Below, piece after piece: positions 63,017 to 64,000 of a DNA stretch of 64,000 bases. Under the pieces are notes generated by a model. It was not told the origin of the DNA. It searched no databases and saw nothing but the letters and a program-made list of their open reading frames with translations. The number at the start of each line of letters is the position of its first letter. Within the stretch, counting starts at the first letter, position 1. Source of the DNA: Tulanevirus 60ahydrpp (lineage: Duplodnaviria; Heunggongvirae; Uroviricota; Caudoviricetes; Straboviridae); the IMG/VR virus record IMGVR_UViG_2974724359_000001, positions 19,795-83,794 of that record; one strand, 5' to 3'. The position numbers were made by a program, and so were the translations under genes.

Positions 63017-64000
63017 ATGCAGCATTACACGAACATCGAAGTTATTGGAAATACCGTTTTTGAGCGTTACGTTAAAGACGGTGTAAGACTATCGCGAAAA
63101 ACGAACTATCAGCCGACACTCTTTCATCATGCCGCTCCAGGTGTAGAGACAAAGCACAAAGACATCTATGGACGTTTTTGCGTACCGAAGAAGCATGAAA
63201 ACATTTGGGAAGCAAAGCAATGGCAGAAACGAATGGCCGAAATTGGCCAAGACGCCATGGGTATGGACGACTATTGCATTTCCTACATCTCCGATAATTA
63301 TCGCGGAGTTATTGATTTTGATCGTGACAATGTCATTATCGATGTAGTCGATATCGAAGTAACAGCTCCAGAATTCCCTGATCCCAAATTTGCAAAATAT
63401 GAAATTGATATGATTTCCCATGTGCGTTTGCACGAGGGCAAAAAGACATATTACATTTTTGACCTTGTTAAAGATGTAGGCCATTGGGACCCATCTAAGT
63501 CTGTTCTGGACAAATATATTCTTGACAATGTCGTTTACATGCCATTCGACACTGAAATTGATCTTCTTCTCAACTATATTCAACTATGGAAATCATCTAC
63601 CCCTGATTTGGTGTTTGGTTGGAACAGTGAAGGTTTCGATATTCCTTACATTATCACTCGAATTATCAATATTTTGGGTGAAAGTGCAGCTAACCAATTA
63701 AGCCCATATGGCAAGATCAGCTCAAAAACAATTACAAACATGTACGGTGAAAAAACGATCTATCGTATCCATGGCGTTGCACTAATGGATTATATGGATG
63801 TTTTCAAAAAGTTCAGTTTCACTGTTATGCCTGACTATAAATTGGGCAATGTCGGATACCGCGAAGTTAAAGCAGACAAATTGGAATATGATGGTCCAAT
63901 TAATAAGTTCCGAGCAGCAGATCACCAACGATATGTCGATTACTGTGTGCGAGATACGGATATTATTCTGTTGATTGATGGTCGTCGGTGCTTTATTGAT
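63017..64000 (+). CDS. gp43: DNA polymerase gp43, N-terminal 328 codons (continues past window end)
   Basis: IEVIGNTVFERY, KDIYGRFC, DIEVTAPEFPDP, YMPFDTEIDLL, GWNSEGFDIPYI, DGPINKFR, HQRYVDYCVRD match T4 gp43 exonuclease domain. Confidence 0.9.
   Translation, partial: MQHYTNIEVIGNTVFERYVKDGVRLSRKTNYQPTLFHHAAPGVETKHKDIYGRFCVPKKHENIWEAKQWQKRMAEIGQDAMGMDDYCISYISDNYRGVIDFDRDNVIIDVVDIEVTAPEFPDPKFAKYEIDMISHVRLHEGKKTYYIFDLVKDVGHWDPSKSVLDKYILDNVVYMPFDTEIDLLLNYIQLWKSSTPDLVFGWNSEGFDIPYIITRIINILGESAANQLSPYGKISSKTITNMYGEKTIYRIHGVALMDYMDVFKKFSFTVMPDYKLGNVGYREVKADKLEYDGPINKFRAADHQRYVDYCVRDTDIILLIDGRRCFID

Noticed and set aside
63089-63583. 164-aa minus-strand ORF inside gp43
   Set aside because: Antisense to the highly conserved DNA polymerase N-terminus.
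1-64000. Prophage or integrative element signals (integrase, att sites, transposase)
   Set aside because: None seen. The content is that of a virulent T4-type genome; the mobile elements are limited to homing-endonuclease-like ORFs and promoter cassettes.

Overview
This 64 kb window is a contiguous stretch of a T4-like (Tevenvirinae-type) myovirus genome. Gene content is largely syntenic with T4, but the local order is rearranged. Left to right the window holds: baseplate wedge genes gp10 (partial), gp9, gp8, gp7, gp6 and a PAAR-like gp5.4 on the minus strand. These diverge from plus-strand gp53, gp5 (hub and lysozyme), a 5.1-like ORF, gp4, gp2, gp3, gp1 (dNMP kinase), 57A and 57B (Acb1-like 2H phosphoesterase). 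A long accessory region of small ORFs follows. It contains a tRNA cluster (17.1-22.0 kb) with about 17 canonical tRNAs plus several tRNA-like genes with aberrant anticodon arms. Embedded in the cluster are a homing-endonuclease-like gene, a T5orf172 gene and a NADAR gene. Next come nrdB, nrdA, a glutaredoxin, an SLT-domain protein, a macro-domain protein, a CYTH protein, thymidine kinase and an SPFH/band-7 protein. After these come a type IV pilin-like gene coupled to a lipoprotein gene, a glutathionylspermidine-synthetase-like ATP-grasp gene preceded by two paralogous small ORFs, and the NAD salvage pair NatV and NadV. The window ends with endonuclease VII, nrdD and the replication and late-transcription block gp55, gp47, gp46, gp45, gp44, gp62, regA and the start of gp43. 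Regulatory signals are dense. There are many GC-hairpin plus T-tract terminators. Early promoters are of the GTTTACA / TAtaAT type. Several sit in near-identical promoter + palindrome cassettes of about 40 bp in front of unrelated genes, resembling the PeSL cassettes of Aeromonas T4-type phages. Three near-identical promoters lie in the tRNA cluster. A structured element of about 100 bp occurs at 11.75 kb and again at 55.55 kb with its AT-rich core inverted. No CRISPR array, integrase, transposase or reverse transcriptase was seen. All functional calls rest on sequence motifs recognised by eye and on T4 synteny; no database search was run.
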